DNA of 64,000 nucleotides from an uncultured delta proteobacterium (GTDB lineage: Bacteria > Myxococcota_A > Polyangia > Polyangiales > Polyangiaceae). The notes under the pieces are model-generated. The model was not told the origin of the DNA and did not search any database. It saw only the letters and a list, made by a program, of their open reading frames with translations. Positions 12,138-21,001 of this stretch are shown one piece after another (position 1 is the first letter of the stretch; each line of letters starts with the position of its first letter). The position numbers and the translations under genes are program-made. Location of the stretch: positions 5,824,001 to 5,888,000 of the forward strand of contig CAWAIF010000003.1 of the NCBI GenBank assembly GCA_963782055.1. Direction: 5' to 3'.

Positions 12138-13346
12138 TCACGGCTTCTTGCCGCCGTGGTGGTGGCTCCCCGCCGGCGGGGGCGACGCCGCGGAGCCCGC
12201 CGCGCTCGCCGAGGGCTCCGGCGCCCCCGCGTCGCCGTGGAGGGCGTCGAGCGTGGTGTGATCGGTGACCTTCACCGGCGCGCCCTCGCTGAGCGGCTCG
12301 ATGCCGCGCACCACCAGCTGCTCGCCCTCGTCCAGCCCGCGCGTCACCTCCACGTTGCCGTCCGGCGTGTGCATGCCGAGCTGGATGACCTTGGCGTGCG
12401 CCTGGTTCTTGGCGTCCACCACGTACACGATGTTCCCCTTCTCGGTGGGCTGCACCGCCATCGTCGGGATGACGATGGCCTGCCGCGCCGCGCCGATGGG
12501 AACCGAGACCTCGCAGAAGGCGCCGGGGCGGAGCCAGTACTTGTGATCCGTCTGAGCGATCTGCGCGGTGACCGGCACCAGGCGCGTGGCCGGGTCGGCG
12601 GTGCCCGCCACCAGGGTGATCTTCGCCTTGTAGGTGTGCGAGCTCTCCCGCAGCGTCAGATCCGCCTCCATGTCCGGCTTGAGGCGGGGCGCGTCCTGCT
12701 CGGTGACCTGGAAGCGAAGGAGCATCGGATCGCGCTGCAGGATGGTGGCGAGCACCGCGCCGGGCTGGAGGTACTGCCCCGTCTGCACCGTGCGCGTCTG
12801 CACGACGCCGGCGATGGGCGCGCGCACGTAGCTGTCGCGCAGGTTGAGGTTGGCGACCTTCAGCGCCTCCTTCGCGGCCATGACGTCGGCCTTGGCCGTC
12901 TCCACGCCGGTGGTGTGCGTCTCGATCTCCTCGCCCGGGATGAGGCCGGGGTGCTCCTGGGTGGCGGTCTGCCGGCGCGAGAGCTCCGCCTCGGCGGCGC
13001 GCTCGTTCGCCTCCGCCTTGGAGACGCCGACCTTCGCCTGCTCGACGGCGACCTGGTAGCGCTCCGCCTCGATGGTCACCAGGATGTCGCCCTCCTTGAC
13101 CACCTGCCCCTCGACGAAGGACACGCGGTCCACCGCGCCCGAGACGCGCGCGGTGATCTGCACCTGCTGGAAGGCCTCGATGCTGCCGGGCGCGGTGACC
13201 TCGTAGCGCACCTGGCGCTTCACCAGCGGCGCGAGCTGCACCGGATACTCCAGCTTCCGGCCGCCCTTGCCCGCCTTCGGGTCCGCCTTGGAGCACGAGG
13301 CTGCTGCCAGGAGCAACGCGAGGGCGAGGTGCGAGGCGCGGATCAT
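12138..13346 (-). CDS. RND periplasmic adaptor (membrane fusion) lipoprotein
   Basis: ATG 13346 overlaps upstream TGA; AASC lipobox; ARVSGAV..V.EGQ.V.EGD, VRAPIAGVV, LRPG. Confidence 0.93.
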   Translation of the reverse strand: MIRASHLALALLLAAASCSKADPKAGKGGRKLEYPVQLAPLVKRQVRYEVTAPGSIEAFQQVQITARVSGAVDRVSFVEGQVVKEGDILVTIEAERYQVAVEQAKVGVSKAEANERAAEAELSRRQTATQEHPGLIPGEEIETHTTGVETAKADVMAAKEALKVANLNLRDSYVRAPIAGVVQTRTVQTGQYLQPGAVLATILQRDPMLLRFQVTEQDAPRLKPDMEADLTLRESSHTYKAKITLVAGTADPATRLVPVTAQIAQTDHKYWLRPGAFCEVSVPIGAARQAIVIPTMAVQPTEKGNIVYVVDAKNQAHAKVIQLGMHTPDGNVEVTRGLDEGEQLVVRGIEPLSEGAPVKVTDHTTLDALHGDAGAPEPSASAAGSAASPPPAGSHHHGGKKP

Positions 13347-14680
13347 CGAGTCAGCTCCGTTCCCACGGGGTCCAGCCCGAGGGCCTGCCGCAGTCCGAGG
13401 TACGCCAGGGCGACCGAGTACTCGGCCGTCGACTCGTTGACCTCCGCCTGGAAGCGCTGGTCGTTGGCGTCCACCAGCTCGATGGCCTTCGCGAGCCCCT
13501 GCCGGTAGAGGATCTCCGTCTCGTTCGCGCTCTGCCGGGCCGCGCTCATCGCCAGCTCCGCGGCGCTGAGGGCCGCCTGGGCGGCGTGCAGCGACACCGT
13601 GGCGCTCCGCACCTGGGTGTCGACGGTGCGGCCGAGCAAGGTCGTGTCCAGGTCGGCGATGCGGGCGGACGCGGCGCGCGACCGGCGGTCGGCGTAGCGC
13701 GCGCCGGCGTCGAAGATGGGCCAGCTCAGGGAGACCTCCAGCAGCTCGTCGTTCCAGTGCGAGGGCGTGCCCGTGGCGCTGGCGGTGTTGCTCGTCACGC
13801 TGAACTGGCCGCTGAGGCTGATGATGGGCACCAGGCGCAGGAGCGGCTCGCGCGCGGCGTCGTGCGAGGCGGCGGTGAAGTGCTTGCGGGCGAGCACGTC
13901 GGGGCGATGGTCCAGCGCGAAGCGCACCAGGGAGTCGGACCCCGGCACCGGTTGCCGGCCGGCTCGCAGGATGGGGTCCGGCGGGATCAGCCCGCCGGTG
14001 ACGCGCGCGGCGATGGTGAAGGAGAGCTGGACGTACGCGTTCTGGAGCGAGCCGCGGTCCAGCTCCACCTCCCGCTCCGAGCTGGCGAGGTCCACCTGCG
14101 CGCGGGTCACGTCGTTGGTGCTGGCGAGCTGCGCGTCCACCCGCGCCTGCGCGTCGGCGAGGTTCGCCCGGGAGGTATCCAGCCGGCGCTGAGCGGCCTG
14201 CAGCACGGCGTCGGCGGAGAGCGCCACGAAGTACGCGCGCGCGGCGTCGTAGGCGAGCAGCCGCTTGTCGTCCTTCGCCTGCGCCTTCTGGCCCTCCAGG
14301 TTCTGGTGCGCCTGCGCGTAGAGCGGGATCGCGGCGGCGTCGAGCAGCGGCTGGTTGACCGTGACCGACGCGTTGGCCACGTTGGAGGGCTGTCCGGCGC
14401 GCACGATGTCGTCCGGCCGCTGCGTGTCGTTGGCGTTGAGGTTGACGCTGGGCAGGAAGGGCGAGACGGCGCGCTGGGCAGCGGCGGCGGCCACCTCCAC
14501 GTTCTCGTCGGCGATGGTCGCCCGCTCGTTGCGCGTGAGCGCCAGGCGGACCGCGTCCTCCAGGCGGAGCGGATGCGTCGCGACTGGAGGGGGTGCGTCC
14601 GCAGCGGCAGTGGAAGCAGCGAGGGAGAGGCCAGCCACGCAAGCCAGGGCAACACACGTTGTCCTAGGCACCATTCTCAC
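13343..14680 (-). CDS. TolC family outer membrane efflux protein
   Basis: Signal peptide; LEDAVRLAL..N, LSWPIFD.G, YRQGL...ELVDA; first gene of tolC-mfp-RND operon; exact start uncertain. Confidence 0.9.
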   Translation of the reverse strand: MRMVPRTTCVALACVAGLSLAASTAAADAPPPVATHPLRLEDAVRLALTRNERATIADENVEVAAAAAQRAVSPFLPSVNLNANDTQRPDDIVRAGQPSNVANASVTVNQPLLDAAAIPLYAQAHQNLEGQKAQAKDDKRLLAYDAARAYFVALSADAVLQAAQRRLDTSRANLADAQARVDAQLASTNDVTRAQVDLASSEREVELDRGSLQNAYVQLSFTIAARVTGGLIPPDPILRAGRQPVPGSDSLVRFALDHRPDVLARKHFTAASHDAAREPLLRLVPIISLSGQFSVTSNTASATGTPSHWNDELLEVSLSWPIFDAGARYADRRSRAASARIADLDTTLLGRTVDTQVRSATVSLHAAQAALSAAELAMSAARQSANETEILYRQGLAKAIELVDANDQRFQAEVNESTAEYSVALAYLGLRQALGLDPVGTELTR

Positions 14681-14857
14681 CTCATCGCGGTGGCGCAGCC
14701 GCGAACGCGAGGGCCGGCCGCAGGCCAGCCGACGGCCCGAAGGGCGCGGTGACTGGACCTTCCCCGCTGCATGCCGGGATGGTCAGCCGGCCCGGCGCGC
14801 GTCAGCAAGGGGCTTAAGATTTCTTTGCGCGCCCTGGGCCGATCCGGCGCGCGCGGC

Positions 14858-15502
14858 TCAGGTCCACCACCACCCCAGCCCCCAGATCACCGCGCCGATG
14901 CAGGGCGCGAGGCCGAGGGCCGAGCCCAGGATGTAGTCGCGCGTGCGGATGCTGGTGAACGCGAGGGCGTAGTCCAGGGGCGGGGAGAGCCAGAGGATGA
15001 GGCGCAGGACGGCGACGCTGCGGATGGGGTGCTTCTCCACGCCGTCGAGCAGCCGGCGCAAGAACCGCCACCGCGGCTGCCAGGCGCGCTCGCGGGTGGT
15101 GCGCATGCCACGGACCAGGAGGAAGGGCGCGGTGACGGCGAGGATGGAGGCCCCGTAGCCGAGGAAGAAGCCGTTGACCGCGCCGAAGGCGGCCCGGGCG
15201 ACCGCGATGAAGATCATCCCCGGCAGGTGCAGCAGCTCGCCCACGACGAACGCCCCGACGAAGGCGGGCGCGGACCACGCGCCGTGGGAGCGGACCCATC
15301 CGCCGACCGCCGCCTGCGTCAGGTGACCGGTGCGGCCGAGCCAGATCCCGGTGACGACCAGCGCGACCAGCACCAGCGCGAGCACCACCTGCCGCACGCG
15401 GGCGAGCGCCGATACCTTCGGCCGCGGCGGGACGGCGGCGGCGCCGGACGCCATCTCGGCGGCGGCGTCCGGCGGCAGGGTCTCGGAGATCTCAGGAGCC
15501 AC
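14858..15502 (-). CDS. TVP38/TMEM64 (DedA/VTT) family membrane protein
   Basis: Hydrophobic; LHLPG, FG...G, LRL...P..DYALA.T.I..RDYILGS.LG.AP. Confidence 0.8.
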   Translation of the reverse strand: MAPEISETLPPDAAAEMASGAAAVPPRPKVSALARVRQVVLALVLVALVVTGIWLGRTGHLTQAAVGGWVRSHGAWSAPAFVGAFVVGELLHLPGMIFIAVARAAFGAVNGFFLGYGASILAVTAPFLLVRGMRTTRERAWQPRWRFLRRLLDGVEKHPIRSVAVLRLILWLSPPLDYALAFTSIRTRDYILGSALGLAPCIGAVIWGLGWWWT

Positions 15503-15836
15503 GGTAGGTGGAGTACCCGTACGGGTTGAGGAGGAGCGGGACGTGGAAGTGCTGCGCGGCGTCCTTCACCTCGAAGACCACGCTCACGCTCGGATAGAAG
15601 GTCTCTCCGCCAGTCTGCTTCGCGTAGGCGCCGGTGTCGAAGGTGATGCGGTAGACCCCCGCGACGAGCGGCTTGCCCGCGGGCAGCAGCGTGCGCAGGC
15701 GGCCGTCGGCGTCGGTGATGCCCGCGCCCACGCGCATGAAGGTCCCCTCCGTCCCGCGCACCTCCAGGGTGATGGGCACGCCCGCCGCGGGCCTGCCGCG
15801 CGCGGTGTCGAGCACGTGGGTGGTGATGCCGCTCAT
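15492..15836 (-). CDS. uraH: 5-hydroxyisourate hydrolase
   Basis: MSGITTHVLDT..G.PA, DGR, HFHVPLLLNPYGYSTYRGS; GGAG RBS. Confidence 0.97.
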   Translation of the reverse strand: MSGITTHVLDTARGRPAAGVPITLEVRGTEGTFMRVGAGITDADGRLRTLLPAGKPLVAGVYRITFDTGAYAKQTGGETFYPSVSVVFEVKDAAQHFHVPLLLNPYGYSTYRGS

Positions 15837-15853
15837 CGCCTCGTCTCCTCCAT

Positions 15854-17359
15854 TCAAGCGCCGACCAGCTTGCGCAGCCGGAGGCGCGCGATCTTGCGGA
15901 GCTCCTCCGCCGCCACCCGCAGCTCCTCGTCCCGGCTGTTCCCCAGCCGCGCGCGCGCCGCCGCCAGCATCTCCGCAGCCGTCCTGCCGGTGGCGCAGAC
16001 GAGGAAGACGAACCCGAACTTCTCCTCGTACTCGCGGTTGGCCTGGGCGAGCGCCTCGAGCGTCTCCCTGGACGCGGCGGCCGCGCCCGCCTGCTCCCCC
16101 GCGCTCCACCGCGCCTCCTGCGGCGTGGTCGCCTTGCGCTCGCCGATGCGCGGGTGCGCGGCGAAGGCCTCCATCAGGTCGGCGCCGGAGAGGCCGGCGA
16201 TCACCTCGTCGGCGTGCGCGAGCAGGCGGGAGGCCGGGGAGAAGGGTCGCTCGGTCACGATGCGGTCGACGAAGGCGCTGGCCGCGCAGCACGCCCGGAG
16301 CTTCTCGCGGAGCTCGTCCACCTCCGCCGACGCCAGGTGCCGCGCCAGCGCCTCGTCGCGCGCGGCGTCGGTGAGCCGCCCGAAGGCCCGAAGCCGGCTG
16401 ACGCCGCCGTCGGGGTAGACCTCCAGCCGCAGGTGGGTGAAGGGCCAGCGATTGGCGAGCTCCTCGACGAAGAGGTGGCGCGTGTGGGCCATCATCGGGG
16501 TGCGGGGCAAGAGCTCGCGGAAGGGGGCCTTCGCCGGGTCGCCGTCGCACCCCATGACGCGCGCGGTGTCCGGGAAGTTGCCCTTGAAGTGCGCGGTGTC
16601 CAGCTCCAGGCGGTCGACGAACCCTTGACCCGTCAAGCGTACCAGCACCCAGTCGTGGGTGTCCTCGCGGATGCCACGGCGGCGGCGCGTCTCCCACCCG
16701 TCGCTCATGTCCGGCGCGCGCCCGGGCTGGATGAGGTTGTGCTTCGGGCCGAAGAACATGTCGCTGCACTCGAGCACCTCGCCCCCGCTCTGCATCGCGG
16801 CGAGGTCGAAGGTGGCGCGCGCGCCGCCGATGCGCCGCCAGTCGGGCGCGACGTCGCCGTGGACGCGCAGCCGCGCGACGCCGCCGTCGGGGAAGATGCG
16901 GAGGCGGAGGTGAGTGAAGGCGACGTGCGAGTCCACCGCGAAGACGTTGCGGCTGTTGCCGTCCAGCGCGCGCCGCGGCAGGACCTCCGTCCAGCGGGCG
17001 GCGAGGAGCGCCTGGACGCCGGTGCCCTCCGGGAGGGTCACGCCGTCGATGGCGCACGCCTCGGGGTAGTTGCCGCGGAAGAAGGCGGTGTCCACGACGA
17101 CGCCGCGAACGATGCCGGGCAGGCCGAGGCGCACGATGGCGAGGTCGTGCGCGCCGGGCGAGAGATCGCGCTTTCGCCGCGACTCCCAGCCGTCCATCCA
17201 CTTGCCGCGGTCGGTGTAGGCGTGCTCGCGCCACTCCGGGGCGCGCGCCTTGAGGAGGTTCTCCGCCTGCGCGAAGTAGTCGTCCGTCGCGTACACCACC
17301 GCGCCGCCCAGCTTCTCCGCGGCCAGGTCGGGCCGCTCGAGGAAGTCGTGCTCGGTCAC
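15854..17359 (-). CDS. alc: Allantoicase fused to a C-terminal OHCU decarboxylase (UraD)
   Basis: GTG 17359 overlaps allB stop; two allantoicase repeats (MDGWESRR, DGWETRRR, FPDGGVARLRV); C-terminal AFAAHPRIG, EQAG, YEEKFGFVFLVCA, EL.KIA.LRL. Confidence 0.92.
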   Translation of the reverse strand: MTEHDFLERPDLAAEKLGGAVVYATDDYFAQAENLLKARAPEWREHAYTDRGKWMDGWESRRKRDLSPGAHDLAIVRLGLPGIVRGVVVDTAFFRGNYPEACAIDGVTLPEGTGVQALLAARWTEVLPRRALDGNSRNVFAVDSHVAFTHLRLRIFPDGGVARLRVHGDVAPDWRRIGGARATFDLAAMQSGGEVLECSDMFFGPKHNLIQPGRAPDMSDGWETRRRRGIREDTHDWVLVRLTGQGFVDRLELDTAHFKGNFPDTARVMGCDGDPAKAPFRELLPRTPMMAHTRHLFVEELANRWPFTHLRLEVYPDGGVSRLRAFGRLTDAARDEALARHLASAEVDELREKLRACCAASAFVDRIVTERPFSPASRLLAHADEVIAGLSGADLMEAFAAHPRIGERKATTPQEARWSAGEQAGAAAASRETLEALAQANREYEEKFGFVFLVCATGRTAAEMLAAARARLGNSRDEELRVAAEELRKIARLRLRKLVGA

Positions 17360-18714
17360 GCGGCGCCCCTCCGGACCCAGCGCCCGCACGCGCGCGTCAC
17401 CGCCCCCTGGCCGGAGACCCACGTCCCGCGCACGGCGGTCGCCTCCACGACGCCGAAGAGGGTGCGGCCCTCGTACGGCGTCACCTTGTTCTTGTGCAGG
17501 ATGCGGTCCCGGGTCACCACGAAGTGTGCGTCGGGATCCCACACCATGACGTCGGCGTCCATCCCCTCGCGCAGCGCGCCCTTGTTCGACAGGCCGGCGA
17601 GGCGCGCCGGGCCCTCGCTCATCCAGGCGGAGAGGGCGGGGAGCGTGACGCCGCGGCGGCGGGCCTCGGTCCAGAGGACCGGCAGCCCGAACTGCAGCGA
17701 GGCGATGCCGCCCCAGGCGGCCTCGAAGTCGCCGAGCGGCAGCCGCTTGAGCTCCGGGGTGCAGGGCGAGTGGTCGGTCACCACCATCCCGACCAGGCCC
17801 TCCCGCAGCCCCTTCCAGAGCTTCTCGCGGTTGTCGTGCTCGCGGATGGGCGGCGCGCACTTGAAGCTGGTGGCGCCCTCCGGCACCTCCTCCGCCTCCA
17901 GGCAGAGGTAGTGGGGCGTCGTCTCGGCGGAGAGGGGCACGCCGGCGTCACGCGCCCGCGCGAGGAGCTCCAGGCCGCCGGCCGACGAGAGGTGGACGAC
18001 GTGGGTGCGTGCGCGCGTGCGCTCGGCGAGGCGGTAGACCAGGGCGATGGCCTCGTCCTCCGCCTCCGGCGGGCGCGAGCGCAGGTAGCGCAGGTAGCTG
18101 CGCACGTCGCCCGGCGACGGTGGGGGGAGGCGCGCGACGGCGGCGGCGAGCGGGCCGGGCAGCTCGGCGTGCACCAGCAGCGGCGCGTCGCAGCCGGCGA
18201 GCACCTCCATCGCGCGGGCCAGGTCCGTCTCGGCGAGCGCCGGGAACTCCGGCACGCCGGAGTCGACCAGGAAGCCCTTGAAGCCGAGGACGCCGGCGTC
18301 GAGCAGGGCGCGCAGCTCGCCGTCGTTGCCGGGGATCGCGCCGCCCCACAGGCCGACGTCGACGAAGCACTGCCCCTCCATCGCCGCGACCTTCGCCTCC
18401 AGGCCGGCGACGCTGGTGGTGGCGGGGATGCTGTTGAGGGGCATGTCCACGATCGTGGTGACGCCGCCGGCGGCGGCGGAGCGCGTCGCGGTGGTGAAGC
18501 CTTCCCATTCGGTGCGGCCGGGCTCGTTGACGTGGACGTGGGAGTCGACCACGCCCGGCATCAGGACGAGATCGCCGAAGTCGCGGATCTCGGCGCCGGG
18601 AGGGACGTCGTCGTACGGGGTGACCGCGGCGATGCGCTCGCCCTCGACGTGGATCGCCGCGGGGGCGAGCTCGCCTCCGGTGACCACACGGCGAGATCGC
18701 CAGACGATGCGCAT
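17356..18714 (-). CDS. allB: Allantoinase
   Basis: DSHVHVNEPGRTEWEGF, DMPLNSIP, FKCAPPIR, DHSPC, AWGGI. Confidence 0.95.
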   Translation of the reverse strand: MRIVWRSRRVVTGGELAPAAIHVEGERIAAVTPYDDVPPGAEIRDFGDLVLMPGVVDSHVHVNEPGRTEWEGFTTATRSAAAGGVTTIVDMPLNSIPATTSVAGLEAKVAAMEGQCFVDVGLWGGAIPGNDGELRALLDAGVLGFKGFLVDSGVPEFPALAETDLARAMEVLAGCDAPLLVHAELPGPLAAAVARLPPPSPGDVRSYLRYLRSRPPEAEDEAIALVYRLAERTRARTHVVHLSSAGGLELLARARDAGVPLSAETTPHYLCLEAEEVPEGATSFKCAPPIREHDNREKLWKGLREGLVGMVVTDHSPCTPELKRLPLGDFEAAWGGIASLQFGLPVLWTEARRRGVTLPALSAWMSEGPARLAGLSNKGALREGMDADVMVWDPDAHFVVTRDRILHKNKVTPYEGRTLFGVVEATAVRGTWVSGQGAVTRACGRWVRRGAA

Positions 18715-18720
18715 GGGGGG

Positions 18721-18729
18721 AGGATAGCA
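18721..18729 (-). promoter_or_regulatory. Extended -10 element of a probably leaderless allB transcript
   Basis: Minus strand TGC-TATCCT then 6 nt then ATG; no SD. Confidence 0.55.
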
Positions 18730-18901
18730 GCAGAGGGGGCCCCTCTGCGCGCCCTCCGGCGGTCGAGACAGACGGGCACTCCCCCGTGATGGCCCGCCCG
18801 CCTCGTGAAGGAGGACGAGCGAGGGAGCCGCGCGGGGTCACACCGGCATCCTCCCCGCCCGAGCGAGCGCGCGTACCACGTCCGCATGGCCGATCAGGAG
18901 G

Positions 18902-18919
18902 CTGTCACCGATTCGTCAC
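18902..18919 (+). promoter_or_regulatory. Pho box-like direct repeat
   Basis: CTGTCAC CGAT TCGTCAC, GTCAC repeated at an 11-bp period, upstream of a phosphoesterase operon. Confidence 0.55.
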
Positions 18920-18947
18920 TGCGGGCGCATCGTGATAGACGTGTGAC

Positions 18948-19586
18948 GTGGGGCGGCTTCTCGGGGGTTCTCTGGCGTTTCTCGTGGTGCTCGGTGGCTG
19001 TGCCGACGCGAACTTCGGCTCGGGCGACGCCGGCGCGCCCGACGACGCCGCCGGGCCGGACGACGCCGCCGCGCTCGACGCGGGGAGCGAGGCCGCCACC
19101 GCCGACGCCGCCGGCGACGCTCCCGCCGACGCGGGCACGCCCCCGCTGACGTGCAACGGCGAGACGTCGGAGCCCAACGAGACGGAGGTCCTCGCGTCTC
19201 CGCTGGGCACGATCGACGACTGCGACGGCAGCGGCTCCAGCGTGAGCGGCGTCTCCTCCGGGATCGGCGACACCGACTGGCTCCACTTCGTCGGCACCGA
19301 CACCTTCGGGTGCAGCGTCGACCCCACCGTGCAGATCAACACCACCGGCCTGCGGCTGTGTGCGTTTGCCCTCTGCCTCGACGGCACGACGACGGTCTCC
19401 GACTGCGGCGTGGGCGCGCCGGCCACCTCGCCCGCCGGCACGCACGGGTGCTGCACCGGCGGCACCGCGAGCATGACGCTGCAGATCAACTGCAGCGGCT
19501 CCGACGACGCCGCGAACGTCTTCGTGCGCGTCGACCAACCCACCACCAACGTCTGCGTCTCGTACGATGTCACGTACCACTTCTGA
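18948..19586 (+). CDS. Cys-rich lipoprotein
   Basis: LGGC lipobox; DA-rich linker; SEPNET..DTDW; many Cys. Confidence 0.75.
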   Translation: MGRLLGGSLAFLVVLGGCADANFGSGDAGAPDDAAGPDDAAALDAGSEAATADAAGDAPADAGTPPLTCNGETSEPNETEVLASPLGTIDDCDGSGSSVSGVSSGIGDTDWLHFVGTDTFGCSVDPTVQINTTGLRLCAFALCLDGTTTVSDCGVGAPATSPAGTHGCCTGGTASMTLQINCSGSDDAANVFVRVDQPTTNVCVSYDVTYHF

Positions 19587-20991
19587 GGCGCTGTGCGCGT
19601 GCCTCGCGCTCGCGGTCGCCGCCTGCGGAGGGGGAGGCTCGATGGGCGACGACGGCGACGGGGGCGACGCCGCCGCACCCGCCGACGCGGCCGCGGCGGA
19701 CGCCGCCGACGCGTCAGCCGACGCCCCGGCGGAAGCCCAGGCGAGCCAGGTGCCGGCGTACGATCTTCACCGCGCCGACCGCGCGGCGTGCTCCTACCTC
19801 CTCGGCACCAGGACGGACGTGACGATCGGCCCTGACGTGCCGCATGGCGACGCGCTCCCCTTCACGCACATCGTCTTCTTGATGATGGAGAACCGGAGCT
19901 TCGACTCGTACTTCTCCCAGCTCCCCGCCAGCGGCGTCACCGGGGTGGACGTCGCCGACGACTCGTACGCCAACCCGGAGCCGGGGCCGCCGCTCACCTA
20001 CGTTCATCGCTATCACGAGACGCGCTACTGCATCGCGGACACGGTGCACGAGTGGGGGCCGGTGCACCTGCAGTACGACGACGGCAACATGGACGGCTTC
20101 GTCTTGACCAACGACCCGGGCGGGGAGCGGGCGATGGGCTACTACGACGCCGACGACCTCCCCTTTTACTACTGGGTCGCGCGCACCTTCTCCATCAGCG
20201 ACCGCCACTTCTCCTCGCTGCTCGGCCCCACCTGGCCGAACCGCTTCTTCTTCTACGGGGCGACGGCCTGGGGGCGGAGCAAGACCCCCGACAACCCGCC
20301 GCTCAACAAGGAGAAGATCGTCAACGAGATGGACGAGGCGGGCCGCACCTGGAAGATCTACCACGAGGGCGCGACCTCCTTCGGCGTGGTGTTCGGGCCG
20401 CAGTACGCCGGCACGTCCATGAGCAACTTCTTCACCGACGTGGCAAACGACACGCTGCCCGATCTCGCCATCCTGGACCCGAGCTTCGGCGGCGCCGGGC
20501 AGGACGACGAGCACCCGCCGACGGACATGCAGAAGGGACAGCAGCTGAGCGCGTCCATCATCTCCGCGCTGATGAGCAACCCGGCGGTCTGGAGCAAGAC
20601 GGTGTTCATCCAGACGTACGACGAGCACGGCGGCTACTACGACCACGTCGCGCCGCCGGCCGCGTGCGTCCCGGACGACTACACCGTGCCGGACTACGCC
20701 TACGACAGGCTCGGCATGCGCGTGCCGCTGATGGTCGTCTCCCCCTTCGCGAAGAAGGGCTACGTCAGCCACCTGGTGACCGATCACACCAGCATCACCC
20801 GCTTCATCGAGAACCGCTTCGACCTCCCGGCGATGACGGCGCGTGACGCCAACGCCTGGCCGATGCTGGACATGTTCGATTTCGACGACCCGCCCTTTGC
20901 CACCCCGCCGGCCGGGATGCCGTCCGCGGTGCCCGACCAGGCGCACCTCGACTGGTGCACCCTGAACGCGCCCGGCACCGGCCTCCCCTGA
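19567..20991 (+). CDS. Phosphoesterase/phospholipase C family lipoprotein
   Basis: VAAC lipobox; HIVFLMMENRSFDSYF, GPTWPNR, DEHPP, YDEHGGYYDHV, LGMRVP, DHTSI. Confidence 0.92.
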   Translation: MSRTTSEALCACLALAVAACGGGGSMGDDGDGGDAAAPADAAAADAADASADAPAEAQASQVPAYDLHRADRAACSYLLGTRTDVTIGPDVPHGDALPFTHIVFLMMENRSFDSYFSQLPASGVTGVDVADDSYANPEPGPPLTYVHRYHETRYCIADTVHEWGPVHLQYDDGNMDGFVLTNDPGGERAMGYYDADDLPFYYWVARTFSISDRHFSSLLGPTWPNRFFFYGATAWGRSKTPDNPPLNKEKIVNEMDEAGRTWKIYHEGATSFGVVFGPQYAGTSMSNFFTDVANDTLPDLAILDPSFGGAGQDDEHPPTDMQKGQQLSASIISALMSNPAVWSKTVFIQTYDEHGGYYDHVAPPAACVPDDYTVPDYAYDRLGMRVPLMVVSPFAKKGYVSHLVTDHTSITRFIENRFDLPAMTARDANAWPMLDMFDFDDPPFATPPAGMPSAVPDQAHLDWCTLNAPGTGLP

Positions 20992-21001
20992 CGGCGGGGG
21001 C

